Shown here: one piece after another, positions 14,133 to 27,139 of the stretch
How the letters are laid out: the number at the start of each line of letters is the position of its first letter
Position numbering within the stretch: the stretch's first letter is position 1
Assembly (NCBI GenBank): GCA_904063045.1
Contig: CAJFCJ010000013.1
Location: 1 to 64,000, forward strand
Length of the DNA stretch: 64,000 nt
From: Dimorphilus gyrociliatus
Taxonomy: Eukaryota > Animalia > Annelida
Direction of reading: 5' to 3'
The notes under the pieces: model-generated
The model's database searches: none
What the model was told of the DNA's origin: nothing
Seen by the model: only the letters and a program-made list of their open reading frames with translations
Position numbers and translations under genes: made by a program

Positions 14133-14949
14133 ATGTCCAGCCATTCTATTGATTACATTCATTTAGATCTGAGTGACGAGGAGAACATGGTTAGTTGCAA
14201 AACAGTTGAAAAAGGACTTTTATTTATATTTTTCAACGAGTTAAATATGGCGGCAATCCCCGTCCGAAAATTTAAGTAACTTTTTTATTAAACCCAAGCC
14301 TATCTATTTTGCAGGAGCCCGAATTGATTCCCTTAGTAGAAATCAAAGTACCCAGTAATGAGCATGCTGATTACATCATGAGTAGATGGGGTAAATCAAA
14401 TGTTTCCATTATTTATTTTTTCATCCGGCCATATAACTTGAAATATCTATTTACCCATATCTCTCTTCCATAGTAACGCTATCTAATGAGGATCATGGGA
14501 CAGTCTACCGCAAGATTCACATAGAAATCGGAGAAAAGGGTGGAAAGTCAACGATCCGTTCAAAAATGGTGAACAAATATTCGAAACCGTGGTTCGTCCA
14601 TATTGTCCACTTTTTTGTTGACGAATACAACTTTATTGATGCAAAGGAGCTTGTCTATCCTATTGGAAAGTCTTTCTACAATTTAATCTGCATGTATACT
14701 GAATCGATGGAAAATGAGTTCAACGTTCGTATTGTAAAAAACAATCTCACCCAAAGCGACGTAACTATCAAGGGTAAGGACCAGAATATTTCAAATGCTT
14801 GCAGAAAAATCAACAATATTATCGAAGAGTATCTGAATATTCAAATTGATCTGGAGAAGGAGCGTATGAATCATCTGGAAGACATTCTTCGCGAAAGAAC
14901 CAGCGTGCTTTTTCAAGCAACTTTTGCTGTTGATGCTTTCTGCGATTGA
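14133..14949 (+). CDS. Degenerate tandem-KH-like family member 2, exons 14133-14189, 14315-14390, 14474-14949, 202 aa
   Basis: In-frame GT-AG splicing; VEIKVPSNEHADYIMSRW + phase-1 intron; C-terminal FNVRIV..DVTIKGKDQNISNACRKINNII. Confidence 0.75.
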
Positions 14950-15435
14950 AAGTTTAAATGCAAAGAGAAGATGATGATGATGACAATGATGATTATGATG
15001 ATGACGATAATGATGGTGATGGTAATCATATGAAGAATAAGGAATTTTAGTTCTAGAACTTTAGCTTTTGTAGTTTTTTCTATATGCATATCTACATTCG
15101 TATTCTATTCTATTTATATACAAGTATTTAACGTGTGCATATCTCTATGTATTCGTCTATTTAGTATTTATTATATCTTAGCTTCTATACTATCATTTGC
15201 TTAATAAACTATTTGTAACGTCTAAATGTATTAGCGTAATATAAGGTGTTGGTGCTCTTTGATGAAGCTATCATATTATACTACGTAATTTAAGAGTTTT
15301 TTTTTACATTCTCTTCTGACTTTAGTTCACTTCGAAACTAGTAACCAGTTGAAGAACAACATCTTTTTCATTTATCCTTTAGACGCTATCATTCTTTTTC
15401 CATCTTTTTCGTCAGCGGCTGAACGTCTAACGATT

Positions 15436-15934
15436 ATGAGTCAAGAAGTAATTGTGCCTTTATTATCGCTCGATCATGCCATTTTCTTAAAGGACCAAAT
15501 TGGTAAGAACTAAACTTATAGTTAAACATTTTTTCCTTCTAAAGACTTTACTCTGTAAATGGTTTATATACATTTTTGTTGTTTTAGGTACTTTTAAACC
15601 GACCGTTGAAGATGTTCATGTCGTCTCTCAAACTCTACAGATGAAATGCGAACAGGATCAAGTTTCTGAATTATATTCTTTTATTCGGGATAAGAATTCT
15701 GTTTACATAAACAATGGGCAGTTTAGACGGTATTACCGACTAATACCAAGTTGCATTGATAGAGTCGTCTCTAAATTAGGTATCATAGGAACTCTTTCCG
15801 GAGCAACGCTTACTGTAAATCAAACTGGCTTTCTTGATGTTGTCGGAACTTGGAAAGAGACTCAAGAAGCTATCTGGCTCTGTAATGAAGCGTCTATTAC
15901 AGGCATAAAAGAAATATGTTCCTATCGCGGATAA
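15436..15934 (+). CDS. Degenerate tandem-KH-like family member 3, exons 15436-15502 and 15588-15934, 137 aa
   Basis: VIVPLLSLDHAIFLKDQI + phase-1 intron; RLIPSCIDRVV..SGATLTV..FLDVVGTWKETQEAI. Confidence 0.72.
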
Positions 15935-17643
15935 GCTTGTAACGGCAAATCTGTTTTGTTTTGTTTGGTATTTGTATTTCTTTTAAAAGAAAAATCTGAA
16001 AATTCGTTAACATCTATTTTCAATCGAGTCAATAACAACAAAAAACTCCTTCTCATTGTACAATGTATCCTTGGAATTGTTTTATTACTATTGTTTGTAT
16101 TGTTTGTCTCTTCTTTTCCATACATGTTATACCTATGATCTAAACATTCCTACAGATAAAGAAAGTTGTTCGAAAAAATACTTTAATAATATATATAAAT
16201 ATATATATATACAGTATATATAAATATACTTTTATTTATACAGTATATATAAAGAGAAAGAGTAGAGACGCTTATGATTACCTGGAAGTAGGTGGGGAAT
16301 GACATATAAACATCCATCTCTCGCTCTCCCACTAATATATATGTATATGTTTGTAAATTAATTAAATATCAACATTTCCCATAACTAAGAAGATTAATTA
16401 AGCTTCGCTGGACGTCTAATAGTCTTAGAATACCTAATTAAAACTATACATTCACTATACAGTATATACAGTACAACCTCATTCATCAATTTTGTAAAAT
16501 GATACTGATAAGCGTAATTTTTTCCTCTACAGGCCAATTTTAAGCAATTTAAATCAATGTTATATAATAATTAATGTTTTAAATATATTTATAGATTATT
16601 AAATACTTTTTATTCTAAAAATAGACATTTATTTAAATAATTTATGCATGGATTTTCTACAGGTTTTTTTTTTTAATCGATGAAAGAAGTATACACAAAA
16701 AAATTACGTATTCCTTTACATAATTAAACCAAAATGTTCTATTTAAAATGGGAAAAAAATGCCAAACCGAAGCAAATTTTTTCTAGGCCTACTTTAGTAA
16801 ATTGATGTAAATAAGCAAAAAAAGAGAAGAAGTAAAAACTTCTAGTAAAAATTTCTAATGTTTGTTGTTATTATTTTTATTTATTCTTTACTTTCGGCAA
16901 AATAATTAAAGATTGTTTGTTTGTCTTTTTTTTGAACGTATTATAGTCAGAAATTGTAGTAGTTTGCAAAAACACAAAAAATAAGAATTATGGACAAACT
17001 GAACAGTTCAAACCAAACAAAAAAAATATTACACACAATATAGTTTGTCTCAAACTTTTTTGTTTTTGTTCGTTTATGTTACGTTTGACGTGTTAACTTT
17101 ATATTTAAACTTTTAAACGAAAAAAAAAATTTCATTAGAAAAAGGAGTAATTATTTTTTTTTTTTTATCATTTTGTTACATTTGGCAGACTAACTAACCA
17201 ATCAACTATTTTATTGTATTTTTTTCTTTCCTTCCTTCTTTGTTTAAAGAAGAATTCACTGCTTTTGTTCCTATTATTATTTCCTTTTTTTGGTCTTATT
17301 TTTCACACTCTCCTCACAAGTAGGCGTATGTTATACATGGATGAGTTCAGCCTGTGCACAAGACATTATAAATATTATACATATATATATATATATGTCT
17401 TGTGCATATATTCATACAACCCACATAAGTACAGCCATACCCACACAAAGCCAATGTCTCCATTCATTAACGAAAAAAAAAAGAAGGCATTCACCTCAGT
17501 TTCTGAATGTCGAATGCTGGCGAAGTGAGAGAGAGACTTGAGATCAAGATTCAAATAAAATTAAAAAAAAACGACTTGAGAGAAATGATTGAGTAACGTT
17601 TGTTTTTTTTCTCCCAACTTCTTAGGCAATAGATAAGACTTTA

Positions 17644-18192
17644 CTATAATAATTCTTTCTTAATTAATTCACGAATGGCGTCGACAGCTTGTACTACTCG
17701 ATGTTCTTGGCCTTTAACGCCTATTAGTGGCGATGTATATCTTCGTCTAATAATCAACTTAACCGAACATTTTAACTTGATTTCTTTAATCATTGGAAAC
17801 AATCTTTCAAAAATCTCTCTTGGAACTTGAACAACTTTACCAATTAATTCCGATTCATACATATCTATGGCCATTTTAATAACGGTACAGTACTGTTCAA
17901 GCTGATAGTATAGGACTTGGGCGTAGACAGTAAATTTGTCCCCCTCCATTCCCTGCCGAATATCAAATTCACGACTTAAGGTCCATGAGCCGATTTTCTT
18001 CCCCTGGGCTATCAACAAAATGTAAAACATCTTAATACAATTATCATATATTAAAATATAATGTATATAGTATATGTATTATATAGATCACTTACCGAAT
18101 TGATTCAGGAGAAAGTTGGCGTGGTCCTCTGTATCTACCTTAGCCGTGACCTTGAAAAAGAATACCGAGAAACCATTTTCAATATCAAGCAT
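17644..18192 (-). CDS. Degenerate tandem-KH-like family member 4, exons 18192-18096 and 18008-17644, 153 aa
   Basis: AKVDTEDHANFLLNQF + phase-1 intron (gtaagt); VVQVPREIFERLFPMIKEIKLKCSVKL..IGVKGQEHRVVQAVDAIRELI. Confidence 0.78.
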
Positions 18193-20846
18193 AGTGATGC
18201 AAGGACCTGTGGCAAAAAAGTGAATAAGACAAGACTTGTATAATAGATTTATATACTGTATACGTTTTAAATTATCCTATATCAATAGACTGGTATTAGT
18301 AATAAAAAAAAAAACCTAACTAAGCAATAGGGATTTAAAAAACTAACTTACCCAGTCAGTGAGATGAACTATTCTAATTAAATTTATGTAGTAATCTTCA
18401 CGCTTCTAATTATTCGAATCAATTCTACCAGACAGTACTGATACAGGTAGGTAAAATCTATCAGATTTCTTTCTTTTACTGTCAAGATGTCTAACGGGGA
18501 GCGAAAAGATTCTCTTTTTAACCCAAAAAAATGAACCAAAAACCAATACTTTCTTCTTATGTTGAAAGAAAAATATCGATGGAATTTTTACCAAAATAAT
18601 AGAAAATATTGCAGTGGCGTTTAAGAATAGTTCACCTCACAACTTCTCACCAACAACGGCACATAATCTTTCTGGTTCGATGTTGACAGCTTTTATACTA
18701 ATTGCGTTCAAGTGGATCATTTTTTTTTGTTTCTTTTTTAGAAGACGAGTAGATTCAAAAATATTTTCTGCGGGCGGGGCGGGGGTGTTTTTTTTTTGAA
18801 GTTCACCTACGCCCCCCTCCCTCCCTCCCTCCCCTCCTTTATAATTAGCTTTATTAAAGATATTAATATATATTTTATAATTGATTGAAAATCGTAACAA
18901 TTGTGCTTTACTAGTATCTTATTGCTTACCGTTAATGATTTTAATCTGGACTAAGCATTAAGGCTTTTTTTAGAGTAAAACTAGTTAATATTTTCATTTC
19001 CTTGCCCCCTTGTTTTTAATAATTTCCAGTTAAATCTGCCTTTGTAAAAAAAAAATAAGAAAAAAACGTCTAAAACGATCTCAGCAAAAACATGTTTTTC
19101 AATTTGGTGAGCATAATGTTTAAGTTATGATAACATCCCTTTAACATTATAATTGGACAAGTAAAGGTAAAACAAAAAATGTCCCTATTACTAAATTGAG
19201 TAAAAATAATAATAAAAAATTAACAGGTTGTTTATGCTATTTTAAAAATTCAAATGTCCTAAAAGAGTTTTGAGTTTTTTTTTAAAAAGAAAAAATAAAT
19301 ATTTAATAACTTTTTTTTTTTTTTAAATATAACAGAACAAACTTTTAACAAAAAAAAATATAACCTAATGGCCTATTGAATAAACGTGAAGGTTATATCT
19401 CTAAAGTTACATTTGTCAAACTTTTCAATTCTAATTTTATGCGTTTGCTCCATATAAAAAAAAAATAATGAATGGAAGATAAAGAAGAACAAAAAGATTT
19501 AAAGATGTTACTAGAAGTAGAAAATTAATAGAAACAGTAATAATAACGAATATAAATAATCGTTTTGAAAATTAGACAAATTGTAAATACATTAATATAA
19601 TGTCTGGTATGAATATTTAAAAACTAACAAATGATAATGATAATGATAATGAGATGATGATATATATTTTAGAATAAATTACGTTCCTTTTGTTAAAAAG
19701 ATTGATATTGAAAAAAAAAAAAACTAGCCGACCTCTGGCATCTTCTGTCATAATGTTTTTTAAGTGTAAATAATACATTAAATCAGCGTATTAATAAATG
19801 ATCTTGCTCCTATTCTTCTTTTCCATTTATTTTAGTCTTGAAAAAACCCGTAATTCTATCTTCCACCTTAATACATAGTCTGTGCCAGAAGTTTTACATA
19901 CAATGGTTGAAATAAAACCTTCGTATCTCTCTTCTTTTTAACGGAGAAGTTTTATCAAGCATACAGACTTAGCGGTAAATACAGTACATACTGTGTATAA
20001 TATATATATATACTGTATATATTCGTATTATTTCAAACATGAACATTTTTCCAAGATTGTGTTGAACATTTAGGGAAGCGCCATCTTTGAGATAAAAATT
20101 CTTTATCAGGGAAAAAAAAAGGACCGATTTGTAAATCTTTCCTATTTGCGTGTTGAATAATCTGTTATCGCCCATATCGTATACATTTGGAAGATAAAGC
20201 TGAATAAGCAATAATATAATAATAAAAAAACATAAAAGAATAAAGTTATCCGTATAATTAAGTTCGTAATCGTACTAGATTATTTAGCCTACTACACATA
20301 AGCGAGAGGAACATTTTGTATCCATTTAAAAAAAAGCCTAGCCGGAAATATACTACATGCATATAATCTATCTAGAATAATATCAGTTAATCTGTTAAAA
20401 ATGAATATTGAGGTTGAAGAATTAAAGTAGAAACGTAAAAAATGTATATACTTTATACTTTATATATACTAATATATATGTAGAGAGAGAGAGATAGATG
20501 GATAGATAAAAGTGTGTATATGTATGTGTGTATACGTACAAACACTTCTTGACTAATCGTTTGTACTTCGATCGAATTCGTACAGGCCAAATCGAATTTT
20601 ACTACTTTGGATTTGTTTCATTTAGGTTATTTTCAACCTTAATATTGCGCGTAACGGATAATCTTGTACGTTTTTATTCCTTCATTTATTTCTTATTTTT
20701 ACTTATTTACTATTATATTCTATTTTTTCTCTCTTTCTTTCTTTCTATAATTATTTCTCTATCTTTCTCTCTCTCTCTCTCTCTTTCTTATTAATTTCCA
20801 TTTTTCATTTTCATTTTTTCAAGGAGATTAACCGATCAAAGATTGA

Positions 20847-21373
20847 ATGATGCTGAAATGCGTTAGAATATCTATTCCTTCTACGGAACACGCTAGCTAT
20901 ATCCAAAAAATATTGGGTAATGATTATTAATTTGTCTTTCCTTATTTTCTCTTTTATTATCATTATTATTATTATTATCTATTTATCTATCTCTTTCATT
21001 TTTTAATTATTCCCTTTTAGGAGAGGGTATCAATTTGAGTGGTGTGACGACTTGCGGAGTTTACAAGTCGTATATAGGATATTTTAAGAATGAGCTTTCC
21101 CTTTTTTCGTACGTTGATGAGGAGATTGAAGATATTTTCAGGTCAACTGTTCATAGGCTAGTAGCCAAGTTTGACGAACGTAATATTGAATATGTTGGTA
21201 ATATACCATCTTCGCACATCACTACCGTTTTGGATGTTTGCTTATGGTTCACTAAATACGGAGTAAAATTTTCCCCAATGCCGGATATGGACAAGCTATA
21301 CATTGAAGGGCCAGAGGAGATTGTTCAAATTTTGAATTCCATAATAAAACGTGGAATTGTTGGCGAAGATTAG
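20847..21373 (+). CDS. Degenerate tandem-KH-like family member 5, exons 20847-20916 and 21021-21373, 140 aa
   Basis: VRISIPSTEHASYIQKIL + phase-1 intron; GNIPSSHITTVLDVCLWFTKYGVKF..LYIEGPEEIVQILNSII. Confidence 0.78.
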
Positions 21374-22026
21374 GTAGTTGACAAACGGAAAAGAGTTAAA
21401 AAGAGCCATATTTTTTTCACATTTATTTACATAATCCTATATAGTCTGCGTACCTGTGTATCGTCATAATAGCCTAATTATCTGCCTGACGACTTTGAAT
21501 TATTATTCTTTCATGATAATAATACACGTTATCGTTCATTATGATTAAATGCTTGAAAAAAAGTTTCTTAGAATGTTTTTTCCCGTAAAATCTTCCAATG
21601 ATGTTTTCGGAATCATGACGATATTGCAACCCCAAGCGCCCCCTATCGATTCATCTTCGATAAGCTTGTTTGTTCGAACCAGTAAAAAGAGGACGAAAAC
21701 GTCAAAAGTCATAAACATGCTCATCGCTTTTTAAGTTGGATACGTGGAGGAAAGCGTTATTTGTGGTCATTATTAAAAAATTGATGATAGGCTAAAGAGG
21801 CAGTTGTTTTAGACCAATTAGGTCTATGAACAACTCTAATAAATAGCGGGCGAGGAACGTTCATCGTCACTCTACCCAACAGTGTGGTTTAGTCATCTAC
21901 TAAATAACACTGATAGACTCGTAGAAGACTGGTTGGGCATTCCGAATATCCGAATTATAAAACTCTTATTATTCGTTCGATTTGCGGTTGTTTGGTCAGA
22001 AGTTGATCTTTTTTTTCTATTTTAAT

Positions 22027-22489
22027 ATGGAAGCTAGTTGGGTTAAAGGAGGAGAGACGTTCGGAGATGGTTGCTACGACTGGGAGACGTACGAATTATT
22101 GGTTAGCGAATTGCTTAAAGTGAAGGATGTTTCTTTTCCTCTGTTTTGTTTGTTCCATCGTCATTACCAAAGGGGTAAGGAAATACTTAACGATTTGGCT
22201 AAAGATTACGCAGTCTGGTCGGCTAAGAACCATAGGACCAACAAGTTAAAGATTCAAGATCTCCATTTAAAGATATCCCGTGCCCAAGCTGATGTTTTGT
22301 TTATGATACGACGTAGAATTAGATATGCTAAGAAAAATATGGTAAGTTTCATAATTACGTAAACAATTTGTTATGTTTAATCTAATTTTTATTTTTGTTA
22401 AAACACAGCGAATGTACGAAACTATGTACCAGAGTGGATTCTATACTGAATTCAAAAGACCGGAGAAGAAAACTAGCGAAGACGCCTAA
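22027..22489 (+). CDS. Orphan helical protein, possibly Occludin/ELL-like domain, exons 22027-22341 and 22409-22489, 131 aa
   Basis: Open frame with elevated GC and a phase-0 gtaagt..cag intron; by-eye similarity to the ELL C-terminal domain. Confidence 0.6.
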
Positions 22490-23307
22490 AAGGCTCTTGC
22501 TTATTCTTGCCGCTCTCTCTCTCTCTATCTCTCTATATATATATCTCTCTACAAATAACAGATTTTATATCTCTTTTTGTTGAGTTTTGTCTTATTAGTA
22601 TATGTAGTTTTTGACTTTTGGAAAGATATATATTTATTTGCTTTTTAGAGGGATCATTTTTTTCGTGAAGTTATATTTATTTTTTGCTACGTCGTATTAT
22701 AAACATTACAAAAAGCAATTATAAACTTATATATATATATATAAGAGGTTTAATTTGGTTAAGCAATGCAAAAGTATTTTTTTTTGTGGAAGACTTTTAT
22801 GTAATGCGAACTGTAAAAAAAAAAAACAAAAAACAAAAAACAAAAAAAAAACACCATTGTTCTTTTTTTTTTTTTTCTTGTGTGAAATATATATATATAT
22901 ATATAATAAAAAGTTCTAAGGAGAGGACTAAATAATGCTAATAATCTAGTCTTTATTTTCTTAAACAAAGTCCAGTTTTTTTAGGAAATATTGCGCATTT
23001 TGTTTGTTTGTTTTGTTTGCTAATAATTATTATGGGGGTATCTGCAACCAGACGGCGACATAGTTAGATGACCTTGACACGCTGTTTACATTTTGCCCCC
23101 AGGACAAGGTTGTAATTGGTTAGCTGATGGCTTTTAGTGAGTGCACTACTCAATCTCATTTTACCAGATAGACAACGTGGTGTTCAAGTATAGGTAAGTT
23201 TTATAATATAACTTATTACTTTATTATAATTTAGATAGAAAAAATAGGCTATTCTTTTAAAGACTTTAAAACTTATCTTTCCGTTCAGTTTTCTTTTTAG
23301 TTCAACA

Positions 23308-24354
23308 ATGAATACTGTAAATTTCATTCCAACTCCATACATTCCCGAAAAGAGTCGCATTGTTTGTCAGGTCGTTTACGAAAGTTGTGCAGATTATATT
23401 ATTCGCAAATTCGGTAAGTGTTTTTTTTTCCATAAGCCTAAGGTAAAATTTAATAGGCCAATTTTCTATTGCGTCTGCATGCACACGTGCGCATGTTCGT
23501 ACGTAAAGCGCCTTGTTAAAAATTAACTATAATGTATATTATTTTTATGGACACTAGACGAAGAAGTAATTGTCGAAGGAGTCCAGTTAAGTCGAACAAT
23601 GCCCATTGAAAAAATTAAAAAGGGGACTGATAATATTCATGTTATTCTTTATTTGCGACAAGAAGCTATTCCTACATATCAGAATGTTTTATTGACCTTG
23701 ATGACAGACTTTAATAAATGTATTGTTACCCGTGCTCTTATTACAAAAAAGAGCATTATGGGAATCGTCCATCCAAAGTTTGAAAAAGTTATGCTGAAAT
23801 ACAAAGTGATGTTCGATGTTAGACGATATACAACTCATTATCGCATTGAAATAAAAGGAGCCAGAGGAAAGGTGCGTACGGCAATTAGATATCTTGTTGG
23901 ACTTGCAGAAGCCTGTTGCATTAAGACGAAGAACGTTATGGTCCCTGAACCAGTACCTGGCGAGCCAGCTATGAATATTGAAAATGACACGCTATCTGAT
24001 CTAGACGAGTCCGAGAAGGAGGATATCAGGAAAGGTATTGAAAATAACCCGCGAACGAAACTTGCAGAAATGGAATTGAAAGCTCAAAGGAAATATCTGT
24101 TGAAATTAAAACTTGAAGAAATGAAACAGCGAAAAGCAATTGCTCGGTTCCGAGGACAACGAATCAAGAGATTACGAAGAAAGTGTTATTTTAAAGGAAA
24201 AAGGAACATTCCAAAACCATTGACCAAAGTTGACAGTGAAGCTGACAATGAAGCCGACGATGAAGCTGAAGATGATGATGAAGATGTTCATGAAATTATA
24301 GTTATTTCCGATGATGAAGACCAGGAAGTAGTTGAAGTTTTTAGTTCCGACTAA
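23308..24354 (+). CDS. Degenerate tandem-KH-like family member 6 with basic + acidic/SIM-like tail, exons 23308-23413 and 23558-24354, 300 aa
   Basis: VYESCADYIIRKF + phase-1 intron (gtaagt); YKVMFDV..RIEIKGARGKVRTAIRYL; tail RIKRLRRK..EIIVISDDED. Confidence 0.78.
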
Positions 24355-24756
24355 GGAGATAAAAATGTTATTAAGTCGTTAAATATCAAGAATAGAAAAG
24401 GAAAGTTTTTGTTTGTTGACCCTTATGATAAAAAATAAAATACAGTTATTTAAACTGATTAATGAGAATTTTATTGCAAACTAGTTAGTCCATCTTTAAA
24501 GATATCTATTTTCTCTCTTCATGACAAAACAATAGCTTTTTTTCAAAATATGAACTTTGTTTTCATAGGCTGATACTTTTTTTTCTAAATTTTCAATACT
24601 ATTTTCTTTTCTCTTTCTTCATTCTCTATCTGTATCTCTTCTCTTTCACTCCGCTAAGTACATATAATATATATTTTCCTTTTGTCTATTCTCTAGTATA
24701 TGTAACAGTTGTGTGATGTTTTTTATTCATCACTGTTAAAAACAAGTAATTAGTTA

Positions 24757-24782
24757 AGAGAGAGAGAGAGAGAGAGAGAGAG
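24757..24782. repeat. (AG)n microsatellite
   Basis: Read directly. Confidence 0.9.
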
Positions 24783-25460
24783 GCTTCCAACTTGAAAATA
24801 TGTCCTAATTAATATTCAATTATTAAAAGGTAAGATACTAAAAGTTTTAATTAATGCTAAAGCCAGAAAGAAGGTATTAAGTTAGAAATTCTTGGAAGAA
24901 CTGTCCGCTCATTTTCAACAAAATGTGCCAATTAATAAAAGAATAAACAACAATTACAGAGATAGATGTACGAAAATACCTTTCCTGAAAGCAAAAAGCA
25001 TAATAAGATTGTTTTTTTCATCATTAAAAATGTCCTATAAAATAACCTGGATTTGGAATGATCTCTGAAACAACACCCCAATTCTATATATAATAAGTGA
25101 TACTCTTCGACGTCTTTTGTTACTTTTTTAAAGTTACTAAATCTTTAACACATTAAGAAAAAAAAATTAAAAGAAGTAAAAAATTAAAACAACATAAGAT
25201 AACGCAACATATGGCAAACATATTAAGTTTGTTTGTCTTTTTTTTTTCTTTTTATATATCAAAATCTTCTTTATCGTATTCTATTTCTTAAAAAAGAAGA
25301 AGAAGAAAAAGAAATTGAAAATGAATTACAAACGACAAATATTAATTCAATTTTCTATTTTTGATCTTTCTAATCAGTTATCATCTTTTAACATAGGCGT
25401 ATAATTTAAAATATGAATCAATTATGCGTTTTTTGATAAGATTTTATCAGATTAAAACAA

Positions 25461-26498
25461 ATGTTGAATTTACATTTAAGGATATTAGATAGTTTTTTAG
25501 CTATTTGTGTATTCTTTCCATTTACGATATTCTATTGGCGTGGAATATGGGATATATTAGGATACTATTTGCTAAGAAGCAATAAGGTTCGCGGAATATG
25601 GATATTGGTTGGAGTTGGATTAAGCTTAACCTATTCTCTATATTTTATCTTCGCCTATTTTATTGATAAAAGGTTAACTTTAGTATCACAAAAATGGCTT
25701 AAAATACTTATTACTAGATTGAGTTTAGTCGTTTACGGATTTCTCTACATATCTGTATGGAGGGGTTTTTGGGAATTGTATAATCACTACATCGGCACAA
25801 GTGTAAAGGAAGGTGTTATTTCTTTTCTATCGAGCATTCTAGTTCTTAGTTTGCTAAAATGTACACGAACTTTAATGTGGCCGCCCATGAATATCGCTGT
25901 TGACCTTAGAGAAGATGTTATTCGGCCTTGCTGTAGGTTTGCTACAAACCCAAAAAATAGAATAAAATTTATGTTTGACGCATTTTTCACGCAAATATTT
26001 ATTCAACCTTTAGCGATTTTTTGCTGGAGATCAGGATTCAACATACTCGATAATACAATATACAAATCAGATAAATTCAAATCGGATATTGTATCTCTAA
26101 TAGTAGGCTTTTCAGGATGTTCATTCCTTCTACTGTGCCAGTATCCTCTATCTAGAATTTCCATCAGACTAGAGGGCAATAGATTATTAAAGATAATTTA
26201 CGAAGATATCGTTCACATAATCGCATTTGTTCCACTTTTGTTTCTCTATCGAGGTCTGTGGAATTTGAATGAGGAGTACATGATCAAAGACAAAAAAATT
26301 GGGGGCTGGGTCAATCACAGCATTGGCTTAACAATGCTGCTTATTTTACAGATCTATAGCACTTTAGTTGGGCCAGGGTGTATTGTAGATGGTCAAGAAT
26401 CGGATGGAAGGGCCATTTTTTCGATTCGCTACACAAGAGCATTTGAAGACTTGAAGGTAAATATTACAAAAAATTTGGGTAGCTTTGTTTTTATGTAA
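25461..26498 (+). CDS. fusl: Fuseless-like multi-pass membrane protein (~345 aa; the C-terminus may be spliced at the GT near 26457)
   Basis: LDSFLAICVFFP..FYWRGIW, VWRGFW, FCWRSGF, LYRGLWNL: the repeated WRG.W motifs of the Fuseless family in an internally duplicated transmembrane architecture. Confidence 0.8.
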   Translation: MLNLHLRILDSFLAICVFFPFTIFYWRGIWDILGYYLLRSNKVRGIWILVGVGLSLTYSLYFIFAYFIDKRLTLVSQKWLKILITRLSLVVYGFLYISVWRGFWELYNHYIGTSVKEGVISFLSSILVLSLLKCTRTLMWPPMNIAVDLREDVIRPCCRFATNPKNRIKFMFDAFFTQIFIQPLAIFCWRSGFNILDNTIYKSDKFKSDIVSLIVGFSGCSFLLLCQYPLSRISIRLEGNRLLKIIYEDIVHIIAFVPLLFLYRGLWNLNEEYMIKDKKIGGWVNHSIGLTMLLILQIYSTLVGPGCIVDGQESDGRAIFSIRYTRAFEDLKVNITKNLGSFVFM

Positions 26499-27139
26499 AA
26501 TCTTATCGCACAAAAAAATACTGATCAGCCAGATGGTCTTTCAAAAAAAAAAAGCGTAATCCTTACACAGAATTAGTTCATCCAATTGAAAAATTTTACC
26601 CGTTTACTATCTTTTAACAGAAAAATAAAAAAAATCTGACTTCTAAGGAGAGCACAACTATCCCGACAGTTAGTGATGGAAAAATGATTATGAACACTTT
26701 TTAAAGTTAAAATTCTCTTCGAAATACAATATAAGCATCAATTCTTTTAAATAAAAATATATTTTTAAATCCAGAATATCATGTTTTATTTCATTGTACA
26801 AAATAATTTTAGAACTGCAAAGACAGAGAGGAAAAATTTAAATTCAAACCTGATTCAGTCACATTAATTTCAATGATACCATTCTCCCAATTTCAATTGC
26901 TAGTTTGAATCAGCCACTGGCCATTGAAATTTTTCGAGTGTCTGAATCCAATGCTGATTCAATCGGAGAAGCATCACTATTTCTTGAAATAGTTGAATTT
27001 TTTATTCCAATCACAATTACAAGCGTTTTAATCATAAAAGCTGTCCCACAATTCAGATGCTTCAATGTCGCATCTCAAGTTTTATCAATATTATAATCAT
27101 TAATTCGAAAGCTATTTTTGATGGCTGTATCAGGACTTT

